This document shows positions 24,198-36,215 of a stretch of DNA of 39,944 nt, piece by piece. Position 1 is the stretch's first letter, and each line of letters starts with the position of its first letter. Under the pieces are notes generated by a model, which saw only the letters and a program-made list of their open reading frames with translations, searched no databases and had not been told where the DNA came from. Made by a program: the position numbers and the translations under genes. The DNA lies in NCBI RefSeq assembly GCF_001194135.2, contig NC_068990.1, positions 68,287,236 through 68,327,179 on the forward strand, read 5' to 3'. The stretch comes from Octopus bimaculoides. Taxonomy: Eukaryota.

Positions 24198-24200
<3 letters not shown>
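23262..24200 (-). repeat. Right arm of the long inverted duplication
   Basis: Reverse complement of 18313-19250; contains a 10-N gap at 24034-24043. Confidence 0.95.
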
Positions 24201-24249
<49 letters not shown>

Positions 24250-24265
24250 TAGTATTATTATTATT
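24201..24265. repeat. (TCA)n(TTA)n microsatellite
   Basis: Read directly from sequence. Confidence 0.95.
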
Positions 24266-24266
24266 G

Positions 24267-24352
24267 AGGCTGTGAGCTGGTAGAACTGTTAGCAGCCAGA
24301 AGAAAATACTGAGTTGCATTTCGCCTGTTTCAACGTTCTGAGTTCTAATTCC
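24267..24352 (+). mobile_element. SINE family B head only
   Basis: ggctgtgagctggtagaactgttagca...cgttctgagttctaattcc. Confidence 0.7.
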
Positions 24353-24450
24353 AAATGCACATATACATACATACATACATACATACATACATACATACAT
24401 ACATTCATAAATACATACACACATACATACATACATACAGACATACATAC

Positions 24451-26340
24451 CCCTTGTCGTTCATGTTAGAGAAGTCTGAAGGATATCTTACTGAATCACA
24501 AAGAAACAGAAATACCAAAATTACATATTGTTTTTTCTTTTCTTTTTGAATGACTTGAAACTCTATTCAAAGAATATGCACGAGATGAAAAAGAGCCTGT
24601 GGCCTGGTTACAACATTCTCAAATGATATAGGGTTGGAGTTTGGTCAGAATAAAATGTTGCTACATATTTGTGAAAAGGGAAAACTGTAAACCCGACTAG
24701 CAACATTTCCATCAATAACTTAACAGTTTCCCTAAAATCTGATGTTACAGGTATCTAGGGGTGGATGAAAACATATCTTACAATGGTACCTGTAATAAAA
24801 CACGTGTCACTACAGAATATTACAGCCGAAAAAAGAAAATTTGAACCTCGGAACTCTCTGCATTCAATAAAACAGTGGCCCACGATGTGTTTGCAATGTC
24901 AGTGCTGATACCAACATTTGGGCTGCTTGATTGGACACTTGATGAGATGCGAGCCATTGATGTGAAAACCCTGAAGATATTAACAAGCACACATAATTTC
25001 CATATCGACAGTGACGTACACCGCCTCTACCTAAAATGAAAACAAGGCGGCAGAGGCTAAAGAGCGATTCAATCTGCTTTTGAATGTCGTATCATATCCC
25101 TTCGGCAAAATCATTTAACCACCGAGTATCGAAGTGCATCCCTTGACCAAGTTTACATACATGAGGTTGATAACATTATAAGACTTGGAAGGCAGCTTCT
25201 TGTGCAGCATTCTTTGCCTCATAACTTTAGACAATGTCCAAAGAAGTCGCACGACTCTACTGCAACGTATCATCAGATGAAAGGATGGGTGTATATGAAC
25301 AGAAGACCATGCATGGATATGTTAGTAGAGAGTTCAGAGATGATAATAACATTGATTATCAAAGCTGTCTATCATTTACCAAAAACCTGATTACTACCAC
25401 CCATTTTGAAGGGTATGCGATTGCAATCCAAGAACAGGAAATATCAACCAAATACCTGATGCACAAAAGGGATGGAGATGTAGGAAAAACAGTAAACTGT
25501 GACAACCGATGCAGACTTTGTGAAGTTAACACCAAAGATATCACTCACATCATAAGCAGTTGTCCGAAAACATCATCACAGCATTATCTACCAAGGAGAC
25601 GATGTTGTAGCTAGGACACTGTATAACGAGATCCGCCGAAAGGATAACCCCGAGGACAAAGACATGATAACCCACAGTGTGGTGGAAGCCATAGCCAATC
25701 ATATTAAAAAGGAATACTGGTGGAATGTCACAGTGAAAACCTCAATAAAATGTAGACACGATAGACCTGATATAATGATTTGGGGTAGATAAGAGAAACT
25801 GTGTACAGCGGATGTTAACATAAAGCCGAATACCTATGCTGAATACCTATGTTAACATAAAGAACATGCCTATACTGAACTACTGAGATGTCTACAGTTA
25901 CTCTATCCTGATTACAAGTTCAGTTTTACACCTGTAATAATTGGAGCACTAGGATATGTAACGCATTGCCTAAATACTAATCTTGAGAAATTAGGCTTCT
26001 CAAACCAAAAAGGAGAAAACTGATTCGAAGACTACAACTCCAAGGCATTACTGGAACTGTAAAAATCTTTAAAACTTTCCAGAAGTTTATCATTTTAGTA
26101 TATATCAGCATGTCTAGATATGCAAGTATATGCATAAGAAGGCATACATAAAGCACACAAATCTGCACATACATGCATACATACATACATACATACATAC
26201 ATACATACATACATACATACACACATACAAAAATATCCTGTTGTTGATGTTGAAAATTCCAATGAAGGAGCCTTGGATTTAGGTTAGAAACCGACTCTTT
26301 CTCAATTGGCAAGAAATTTTGAAATGAAACTGAATAATGA
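24451..26340 (+). mobile_element. 5'-truncated, mutated RLE-type non-LTR retrotransposon (R4/Dong-like): RT C-terminal half, CCHC finger, PD-(D/E)xK endonuclease, 3' UTR
   Basis: Translated across stops and frameshifts: PLSFMLEKSEGY, FLNDLKLYSKN, FSNDIGLEFGQNK, YLGV, HIDSDVHRLYLK*KQGGRG, MHGY, FEGYAIAIQEQEISTKY, CRLCEVNTKDITHIISSC, DVVARTLY, HDRPDIMIW, YTELLRCLQLLYPDYKFSFTPVIIGALG, RRLQ..ITGTVKIFKTF. (ATAC)n at both ends. Confidence 0.93.
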
Positions 26341-27693
26341 CATACATACATATATATATTATTAGCAATGGGCAGGTACTCATCTCTAGTTGACTAGAGC
26401 AATATGAAATAAAGTGCTTTACAGAACACAATGCGTCACATTCATGCGCACACGCACATATATTTAGTTAACAAAAATACAAAATACAGAAGACGACTAA
26501 AATCCTCAATTTCTAATATTAGATTGACACTCAGAAAAGAGTTAGTTGCTTAAATGTTTTGGTTGTTTTCCTTTTTCGGACAGTAGAACAGAAGAGAAGG
26601 AAAAGTGGAAAGGAAAAATAAAAATTAACAGCCACGTAGAGTCTACATGATGATCGTCAACTGACCGGAGATTGGATGATGGGCTAAATGTGGTGTTTTA
26701 TGGATATTCATAAGTTTGCATCCATGTCTGTGTTTATATTGCGTTCCTTTATGTCCCGTAAGCTAGCAGCTCGAAAAATAATAGCTATCAGTTATATGTC
26801 CGACTGAATTACTGGGGTCGATATGATCGACCGAATCCTTGAAGGCTAGTACTTCAGGATAATCACAAACCAATACCCGAATGGGCATATACATATGTGC
26901 ATACATATAAATGCATACACAGATACATCCGTGTACACATACATGCATACATGTATGCATGCATTCACATATACATACATGCTCACACAACATACACCTT
27001 CTCTAATCTTTTAGAGTCTTCCTTACTTGTTATGTTCATCCCCTCTTTTTAGTTCGTTCGGACCTCCTCCCAAACCAGCTTTCAATTTTACTCTCATTCT
27101 CCCCTCCCCCTCCTCTTTCTCGCTTCTTCGATCTTACTTCGTCTCAAGCTGACTCTCACATTTACTCCCTTTCTCTCATTGTTTGATTCATTACCTTCCT
27201 GCTTATTCCATGCTATCTTTCTCACTTCCCCTCTCTCTTCACCTCCTAACTACCAATGATATTAGGACTTTGATGTAACATACAAACCTCAGAATTGCTC
27301 GATTCAGCAACAATTTCTCTATTGATTTCTCTCCCCCTCTCTCTCTCTCTCTGACACACACTTGTTGTCTTGTTTATTTTTGCCCAAACCTTTGCTGCTG
27401 TTTTTATTATTGTTGTTCCTTTTATCGATCTTCTTAGCCTCTGATTTTTCTTTTGTTCCTGTTATTGTTTTTGTTGATAATATTATTACTGTTCTTCTGG
27501 TTGCTTGTTTTTATATATTACATTGTTTTTCATTTCTAGCTTTTCTCGTCGCTTTATTCCCCCTTTACACGCTCCTTAGGGTAGATTATTTTTCTCTGAA
27601 CATTGAGACTTTGTTGTGGTCCCATTGAATTGCAATCGCTTCACAACAACATTCATGACGGTGAAGGTGATGGTAGTGACAAGAGACCTCATT

Positions 27694-27765
<72 letters not shown>

Positions 27766-27803
27766 CATACATACATGCATACACACACACACACACACAC
27801 ACG

Positions 27804-27837
<34 letters not shown>

Positions 27838-27904
27838 CATGTGTGTGTGTGTGCGCACGTCTATAAGCTATCAATACAAACGATGGCTGTACTCTTTCTG
27901 ATAA

Positions 27905-28035
27905 TAATAATGGTGGTGAAGAAAGTCAACTGGCAGAATCGTTAAGAGTAGGATGCATTGCGGTATTTATTCTGGTCTTCAACACTTTAAACTGAAATCC
28001 CACAGAAGTCACCGCTGCATTTCATCCTTTCGGAG
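27905..28035 (+). mobile_element. Degenerate SINE family B 5' half
   Basis: ctggcagaatcgttaag...gcatttcatcctttcgga. Confidence 0.6.
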
Positions 28036-28754
28036 CCAATTGTTTGCTTTCCTTTTTTAAATAAAGAATTATGTTTTTTATCTTCCTTGACATACCTGTA
28101 CTTGTCTGTTCAAATACACACAACTAGCCAGTCTGAGCTATTTCTCTTAGCTCACTTTTGTTTAAATTATGCAAATTACGTAGGCCATAAATGTGTTTTG
28201 CTCTTTTTGCATATGTCCCGTGACAGGTTAGGGCTATAGTTAAGCTGATGACGTCTATTAAGGCAGAAACCCATGTCTATGACATTCCACTTATGTACAG
28301 AGTATAAACTTGTCCTCTTAATGATGTATCAGTTTCGGAGAATTCTCGCATCTTTAGATTATTTCCCCTTCGCGAGTGGAGTTGATTATAATTGACATCT
28401 GGTAATTAATACATCTCCTAAAGGTGGAGATAATTTTAATAAACCAAGAATGTTTGTTGCGTGGTATTTCATATACCTGTATTCATTTGACTGTCTGTCT
28501 CCATGCGTGTGTGTGTGTGTGTGTGTGCACGTGCACGTGCGTCTGTGTGTATGTGTGTGCGCGCATGTATAGATATATGTATATGCTTTGAGGCTCAGAT
28601 ATTTGACAGAGTCATAAGGGCATGTTTTTGATATACGACATGACTTGTTTAAGTTCCATACCTGGCTGAGTCCATTTCTCTCCAGGTCCACTTACAGTCA
28701 ATTTCTTCTAAAACAAATGAAAATATACAGAAAGTAGGAAAAGATTCAGCCCAT

Positions 28755-28825
28755 GTCAAGAACTGGTATCCTATTTATCGATCCCGGAATAATGAAAGGT
28801 AAAATCTTAACGGGACTGGAAATCA
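28755..28825 (-). mobile_element. SINE family B fragment
   Basis: aactggtatcctatttatcgatcccggaataatgaaaggtaaa. Confidence 0.55.
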
Positions 28826-28924
28826 GGGAGCCAGAATACTGACAGTAGTACCATCTGTCCAAACTTCTAATGACTTCATCAGTTCGTAGACACACAGAAG
28901 TACGCATATACATACATAAAAATT

Positions 28925-29013
28925 TGTGAAATTTCAATGAAAGGACTTTGGATCTTGGTTAGAAGCCGAGGCTTTCTCGATTAGCAAGAAATCTTGAAAT
29001 AAAACTGAATAAT
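28925..29013 (+). mobile_element. 3' UTR terminus of the same LINE family as 24451-26340
   Basis: gaaatttcaatgaaaggactttggatcttggttagaagccg..agcaagaaatcttgaaataaaactgaataat vs 26253-26340. Confidence 0.85.
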
Positions 29014-29019
29014 CAAACT

Positions 29020-29073
29020 AAGTATCGAAGTGCGTCCCTTGACCAAGTTTACATACATGAGGTTGATAACATA
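29020..29073 (+). mobile_element. Internal piece of the same LINE family, out of order
   Basis: agtatcgaagtgcgtcccttgaccaagtttacatacatgaggttgataacat is nearly identical to ~25125-25176. Confidence 0.9.
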
Positions 29074-29074
29074 A

Positions 29075-29390
29075 GGCATACAGACCCCAAAAGAAAGCTC
29101 AAAATTAATACGGAAAGACCGATTTATGTACTCGTGAGGAGAGCCAACCAAATTCTTTGGCTCTCATAACCAAAAACACGCAAATTGAGGGAGAGGGTAA
29201 ATTTATGACACCAGCACCCTTAGGATTCCGGATCATTTACTGTTAATACGGTTACCCCTCAAAGTATACCAAGAAATTCAAAGGGACTTCCCGCATGACG
29301 TGGGAAGGTCAAACATCCGCTCCACTAAGAAGACTTTAGCCGGTTTCCCAGACGAACCAGATCCGGAGCCCGGGTCACAAGGCTGAAATA
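29075..29390 (+). mobile_element. Possible decayed CR1/L2-group LINE C-terminus
   Basis: GSFTVN..QSIPRN and TKKTLAGFPDEPDPEPG resemble SF..G..LFNxLP..IR and KxxLDxxLxxIPDEPxxxG. Confidence 0.25.
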
Positions 29391-29472
29391 AGCACTAGTT
29401 GAACAATCGACTAGTTCCCTCCCTCAAATTTTAGGCCTTTTGCCTAGACTGGAAAGAATTATTATTATTATC

Positions 29473-29650
29473 ATTTCTCCTTATCACAGGTTTTGTTGGA
29501 ACTCCTCGAGTTTTGCTACATGCAGCTCGTTCTTTTCAGCTATCTAATGGTTTCCTGATTATTCTGGCCGTGCCAAGGAGGCAAACCTTTCCTAACAGTT
29601 CTACTGGGTACTGTATTCCAATTTCCTTTATATTCCCATTGATGTTTACC
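29473..29650 (-). mobile_element. R4/Dong-like LINE extreme 3' end
   Basis: KEIGIQYPVELLGKVCLLGTARIIRKPLDS*, short UTR, (TAA)n tail on the sense strand. Confidence 0.8.
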
Positions 29651-29671
29651 ATCATCATCATTCTTATTATT

Positions 29672-29683
29672 TAGTAGTAGTAA

Positions 29684-29756
<73 letters not shown>
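29672..29756. repeat. (AGT)n microsatellite
   Basis: Read directly from sequence. Confidence 0.97.
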
Positions 29757-29757
<1 letters not shown>

Positions 29758-30302
29758 TGGTGATTTTTGCGCTAATCGTTTTTTGTAATGTTGCATGGTT
29801 TGGGTAGCAGATGCGGATCAAAATGATCGTGGAAAGCGAAGCTGATAACAGCGACAGCGATGAGAATTGTATGTGTTCGTCGTGATATTAGAAGTAGGAA
29901 AGTGATATAATTTGCCAGTGCTACTACAGCGCATATATATATATATATATACGTATATATATGTGTGTGTGTATATATATATATATATATGTACACTTCT
30001 ACATCTTTCCTATCCTTTCTCTCTCTCTTCTCCTCCGTCTGCCATCCTCTTTCATTGAACCAGAAGACAATAGTAAGTAAAATTGCTGCGAAATACGAGT
30101 TAGTAGCGGGATAAAGAGCTCTGTTTTTGTTTTTATGTCTTCCCAGCATTCTCGGTTATTGTCTCTGAATTCTCGCAGTTTTGGTTTTAGTGTTCATTGC
30201 ACATAACGATCAAAGGTTGCTTACACACCGCTGGTAAATGTTAATACACTACAATTGTCATGGGCATGCCTACACAACTGTGTGCATATGTATGCCTATG
30301 CG

Positions 30303-30340
<38 letters not shown>

Positions 30341-30369
30341 CCTCCGCGCTTTTCTATTATAGAAACGCA

Positions 30370-30448
<79 letters not shown>

Positions 30449-30631
30449 GCAAATAAATCAATTTTGTCACATGAGATATATCAAAACAAAGCTACAGACA
30501 AAACGAAATCAAATTTCTATATAAACACCGCTCTATGTATATTCTGTTTTTATACTCTATGCTTTCGTTTACTTTTTTATATTCGTTTATTCTTCGTTAT
30601 TATTGTTATTCTTATTCTTATCATTATTATT

Positions 30632-30664
<33 letters not shown>

Positions 30665-30824
30665 GTTATTATTATTGTTGTTGTTTGCTATTTTGTTACA
30701 TTGTTTCAAATTTCGAAATGAAATTGCTGTTTCATGGCACAGCGTTTTATGTGTACAATTAGAGTGCTTTTGCCGAGGAATTTACTTTGCATCTTCGTCA
30801 CTATCACCAGTTCTAATGATGATA

Positions 30825-30871
<47 letters not shown>

Positions 30872-31114
30872 AAATTATAAGAATAATAGTGATGAGAATG
30901 ATAAATAGTAACAATAGCAGTAACAACAACGACAACGATAATGATGATGAAGATGATGAAGATGATCATGATGATGCTGATAAATAAAAAACAAATGAAA
31001 ATGATGATGGGAGGGTAATAATAATTAATAATAATGATAATGATAATGATTTCTTTATTAACCACAAAGGCTTTACATTAAGAAAAACGTTCACCGCGGC
31101 ACAAGATAAAACAT

Positions 31115-31275
31115 NNNNNNNNNNNNNNNNNNNNNNNNNNNNNNNNNNNNNNNNNNNNNNNNNNNNNNNNNNNNNNNNNNNNNNNNNNNNNNNNNNNNNN
31201 NNNNNNNNNNNNNNNNNNNNNNNNNNNNNNNNNNNNNNNNNNNNNNNNNNNNNNNNNNNNNNNNNNNNNNNNNNN
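31115..31275. other. Assembly gap (N run)
   Basis: N bases. Confidence 1.
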
Positions 31276-31334
31276 TTCTTAGTTCCTTATCTCCAATTTA
31301 CAGCGCAGTGAAGATTATTACTATTACTAGTAAC

Positions 31335-31396
<62 letters not shown>

Positions 31397-31411
31397 CTGG
31401 AAATAAAATTA

Positions 31412-31812
31412 ATTCAATCTATGGTTGGCACAAGGCTTGAAACTTTCGGGGAGGAGGCAAGTACATTACATCGACTCAGTACTTGACTGGTACTCATTTT
31501 ATCAATCCCGCAAAGATTAATAGCAAAGTCGACCTCAGCGGAATTTGAACTGATGCCGATATGCATTTTGTTTGACTCGCTAACAAGTCTGCCAGATCGC
31601 TGCCTTAATAATAATAATCATTTCTAATTATAGGCACAAGACCTGTAAATTTTGAGGAGGGGATTGTCGATTACATCGACCCGAGTCAACAATTCCCGAA
31701 AAGATCAGAGGCAAAGTTGACTTAGCCGGAATTTAAACTTGGAACAGGAAGACGGGTGAAATGCCGCTAAGCATATTATCTGGTGTGCTAAAGATTCTGC
31801 CAATTCACCACC
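31412..31812 (-). mobile_element. Two tandem SINE family B copies (31412-31604 and 31621-31812) separated by short (TAA)n
   Basis: Each has the reverse-complement head (..tctgccagatcgctgcc / ..ttctgccaattcaccacc) and core gcaaagt(c/t)gac. Confidence 0.8.
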
Positions 31813-31841
31813 TTAATAAATAACAACAACAACAATTACAG

Positions 31842-32024
31842 CGACTATGGAAACTGCTGGAAAGATGTATCCCAGTAGTTATAGATGCATTAGGAAAATG
31901 AATGGATAGTACAGCTCCAGAAAACAGCTAGGATACCAAGGAGGGTTCTTGGCAACTAAGGTTACTTGTTGTAGCCCGATGTTAGGATTTTTTTCTTTTC
32001 CAACAGTCTAATCTGTTGTGTACA
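31842..32024 (+). mobile_element. Internally deleted R4/Dong-like LINE 3' end
   Basis: RLWKLLERCIPVVIDALG and QLQKTA-RIPRRVLGN*, followed by a long (TAA)n. Confidence 0.65.
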
Positions 32025-32067
32025 TAATAATGGTAATAATAATATTAATAATAATAATAATGATAAT

Positions 32068-32149
<82 letters not shown>

Positions 32150-32168
32150 GTAATAATAATAATAATAA
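32025..32168. repeat. (TAA)n microsatellite
   Basis: Read directly from sequence. Confidence 0.95.
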
Positions 32169-32552
32169 TGTTCTTATTTATTTTTATAGTGTATTTAATA
32201 ATGATATTGGTTGCATGTTAGTTGCGAAAGGTTATCTGTGTGTGCAGAAATAAATAAAAAAAATCAAAGGCGGACCAATTGTATATCTAATGAAAGAGTT
32301 AAGTAAATGAGCTAATATTACAGTTTATCATCGCTCTGTATGACAAACATAAAGATTCCGATATTTCCGACTTGTGGAATTAACAGATTACTTAAAAAAA
32401 AAAATTAAAAGAAAAAAAAATTTGCTCGTTCACTTATTCAATTTGCTTCTCTAACCCGATCGCAACTATAACATCGGCAGTTTTAATAAGAGTAACGATG
32501 ACAAAAACAACAAAATCAGCGACCACAATCGCTGCTGCTCCACCACCACCAT

Positions 32553-32615
<63 letters not shown>

Positions 32616-32875
32616 CACTACCACTGTGACGTCGTCGTCCTCCGTCGGCGGCGACGATGAACCGTTACTCCTCCAATCAAACATGATTTGGTTTCAGTTC
32701 ACAACGATTATGGATTTATAGCGCCGCGCAAAAGGAAGATAGACCTGTGTGAATGGGTGGTCGTGTACGTGCGTATGTATATATAAATATTTGTATGTGT
32801 AAGCACGTTTAGCTGTGCATATGTATTGGAGTGTGCCAGTATATCCCCCACTCTGTCTGTCTGTCTGTCTGTCTG

Positions 32876-33029
32876 TGTATATATATATATATACACACAC
32901 ACACATATATATATGTACATATATATATATACATATATATATATATACATGTATATATATACGTATATATATACATACACATATATACATACATATATAT
33001 ATATACATACGGACATATATATATGCATA

Positions 33030-33125
<96 letters not shown>

Positions 33126-33390
33126 TATACCTGTATATATACATATATATATACATACATATACATATATATATGTAAATATATATACATATATATATAC
33201 ATATATATACATACATATACATATACACATACATATACATATATATACATACATATGCTTATATATATATATATATATATATACATACATATACATATAT
33301 ATACATACATACACATATATGCATACATATATATATATATACATACATACACACACATACACACACAAACACACACACATATATATATAT
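32876..33390. repeat. Complex (TA)n/(TACA)n/(CA)n microsatellite block
   Basis: Read directly from sequence; source of the IYIY ORFs. Confidence 0.95.
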
Positions 33391-33899
33391 AGAGAGAGAA
33401 AGAGGTGGAAAGATAGATACAATATGAAAATGTACGTATTTGCATAGAGAAATGTGTGCTTGGAACACAAACATACACACTCAGACTTACACACACACAT
33501 ATGGAGAGAAAGAAAGTGAGAGATGGTGAGTGTCTTTTAATAAAGGCCATCAGAGAATCATTTCCAGCCGATGTTCTTTTTCTCTTTTTCTCTCATCTTC
33601 CTTTCATTCATTGGGTCTTTATAAAATAGTCCACGCTTGTAGGTCGATTTATTGCCATTTTGGAAGCAGGCGGTTGAGAATTGGTTACTTTGATGTGATA
33701 AACTGGCAAAGCGAATTTCAGTCCATATTTAGTGTGACATAGAGTTACTACATGACGAGGATCTTGAATAGAGATATATTTTAGTATGTATGTTTGTATG
33801 CATGTACGAATGTGTGCGTACATAAATCAGCCAATTAACATTATTGCTCAGGGTAGAACAACTTAGATCACGAAGAGTTGGTTTGGTGATGCAATTCGG

Positions 33900-34400
33900 T
33901 ATTAGTCTCCTATAGTGGTCTCTAGTAAAGGGGTGTAAATATGTATGCTCAAATTTATCTAAGAAATATCTGACTAACATCGATCGGATCAATCAGTTAT
34001 CTTTGCCTCGTTGATTAATCCATTACTCTTCGAAACCACGGACGCAAATGGAAGCGGCCATAAGGTTTTGTGGTTACAGTTGAAAATAACGATGTTTCTA
34101 CTAAATAGTGGAATCAAAAATGCAAAATCGTGGCCGCTCACTTTCGTGAGTTTCAGTGATATTGTCCAACAAAATCGCACCCGTTAAAGTGTACTCGCTG
34201 GTTCTAAGGGGTTATTTGATTAATATTGGCGACTTGAAGTATTCTCAGAACATTCAACGTACTGACTTGTATGAAAAGGGTAGAACGTTTACTATTGACA
34301 TTGCTGAGAAAAAATTCCTCACGCCTTGCTTGTGGCAAACGATATCTCTAACGGAGAAACAACATATAATGAAAGTTTTATCTATCCTCTAAGCATTGCT
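33900..34400 (+). mobile_element. Possible decayed Gypsy RNase H relic
   Basis: PR*LIHYSSKP, TTDANGSGHKVLWLQ, WPLTFVS, KYSQ..EK..IDIAEKKF in the order of PxLxHYD..DASxxGxGAVLxQ..PIAFAS..YSQxEKE..AVKKF. Confidence 0.3.
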
Positions 34401-34989
34401 TCTGATAATATTTGTGCCCCTACAAAATCCTACTTGCTTTCACTCGTTGTTTGAGTTGCAAAAACAAACAATGGAACCAGATCTGATAAAACTAACTAAA
34501 TAAATAAGATAAAATGTGTTTTTTTTTTTTCAGAATGCTGCTAATATGCTAATACTCAACCAGTGAAATTATTGCTAAGACTGACACACAGTTAAAAAAA
34601 AGTCAACGAATGATAATTATCTTCGATTTAAACGTGATTAATCAATCAGTGTTAGATTATCGATCAATATTTGTTTTGTTTCATTATTTCGCTTTCCTGA
34701 GGTTGGTGATTCTCATTTATAACTTCCTATTTTACTTGTGGTGTTAATGGAAAAGAATGATCACCATTGCTACCAAAATTAAGCTACACTCAAAGCTACA
34801 AAGAGGATTTGTCTTAGTTAAACATATTATTTTTTAATTTCTTACCGATTCACCCCGATCACTCCCACCCTCTCTTCTAAAATGTCAGTTAGCCACGTAG
34901 CTCCTCTACAGTAAGAAACATCTTCATAGTTTAAGTGTTCATGTCCTAGTCTAGCATAAAACCACCTAGTCTTGCAAGCTGCATAGCAA

Positions 34990-35178
34990 TACGGAAAAAC
35001 AAAAAGAGTAACACCCAGTACAAGCTGTAAAGTGGCCGGCATTGAGAAGGGTATCCAGTCACAGAAAACAAGCCAAAGTAGACAGTGAAGTACAATGCGA
35101 TTCTTGGACCCACTGGACATTGTCAAACCGTTCAACCCATGTTAGTATGAAACAAGTGCGTTAAATGATGATGGTGAC
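34990..35178 (+). mobile_element. Degenerate SINE 3' part (family D, possibly Nin/Deu-domain type)
   Basis: gagaagggtatccagtcacagaaa...caaaccgttcaacccatgttagtatgaaac..cgttaaatgatgatg; the AGGAAGGGCATCCAG-like motif is recalled, not searched. Confidence 0.45.
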
Positions 35179-35294
35179 ATCTCCATACAATTGTAAATGA
35201 GGCCTCTAAATTCATTAGACGTTTTGCCTAATCCATAGATGCTCCTAAGCACTTAAAATATTTTGGTGCCCCCCATACATATGTAGTTCAAAAT

Positions 35295-35417
35295 ATTGTG
35301 GCACTCCGTCGGTTACGACGACGTGGGTTTCAGTTTATCCGATCAACGGAACAGACTGCTCATGAAATTAACGTGCAAGTGGCTGAGCACTCCACAGACA
35401 CGCGTACCCTTAACGTA
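35295..35417 (-). mobile_element. SINE 3' fragment (family C)
   Basis: tgtggcactccgtcggttacgacg..gatcaacggaacagactgctcatgaaattaacgtgcaagtggctgagcactccacagacacgcgtacccttaacgta; related copy at ~11000-11130. Confidence 0.55.
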
Positions 35418-36138
35418 TATTTCCAATCATATAAACCACTTAGAATATTATTTTAGCAAGTTTAAAGTGATTTCTTTTGTGTCGTTTAACATTTACCATT
35501 TCTGTGGTACCCCACATTCCCTTGATGCCGTAGGCATGTGCTTATTTTGCTTAATGGTTAATCCGGCGCTGCCCCAACCTATTATCTGAGGTATCACCAA
35601 ATATTTCCCTTCTGTTATATATGTAGGGCACATAAGTGTTTCTCTAGTAAATTTATACAAAACATTTCAAATGAGATAATTACTATATTAGAGCAACGCC
35701 CTAATTAATTAGTAGAATCATCTCATTAGCTAATTATTCACAAGCATTTTTATATTCCCTCCGCTTTGTTTTTAATTTGATTTGCACGCTCCTTTTAATT
35801 TAATAAGAAGAGAAATGCAAACCTGAACCCCTCTGTATCTATTTGACGCTCTTTCCTTTAATGGCATATAATTAGTTCCGTAAGTCATCGATTTGTGTTC
35901 AATATTCTTGCGTGATCAATTTTATTTTTCATCTCTCTGGGATGATAAATTAAGTACCAATATTTACAGGGATCAATTTATCTGTCTATAAACCCCACTC
36001 TATAAAATGTGGTAATGAGCCAATGCGAAAAGAATTTAGAAACTTCGAGAGATGTGAAACAATTCGTTCATAATGGTTGAACTTGAAGTAGATCTATAAA
36101 TAATAGCATGAAAATATTGGGTTAAAATAAACCCTGTA

Positions 36139-36179
<41 letters not shown>

Positions 36180-36215
36180 TCGACGGCTGTCTGAGATACT
36201 CGAACACATATCTTC

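Noticed and set aside
29811-29868. Possible micro-exon MRIKMIVESEADNSDSDEN with a GTATGT donor
   Set aside because: Weak acceptor, very short, embedded between microsatellites, and no recognisable homology.
32628-32660. CpG-rich gtcgtcgtcc..ggcggcgacga mini-hairpin
   Set aside because: Explained by drift of the adjacent trinucleotide repeat; too short for a CpG island.
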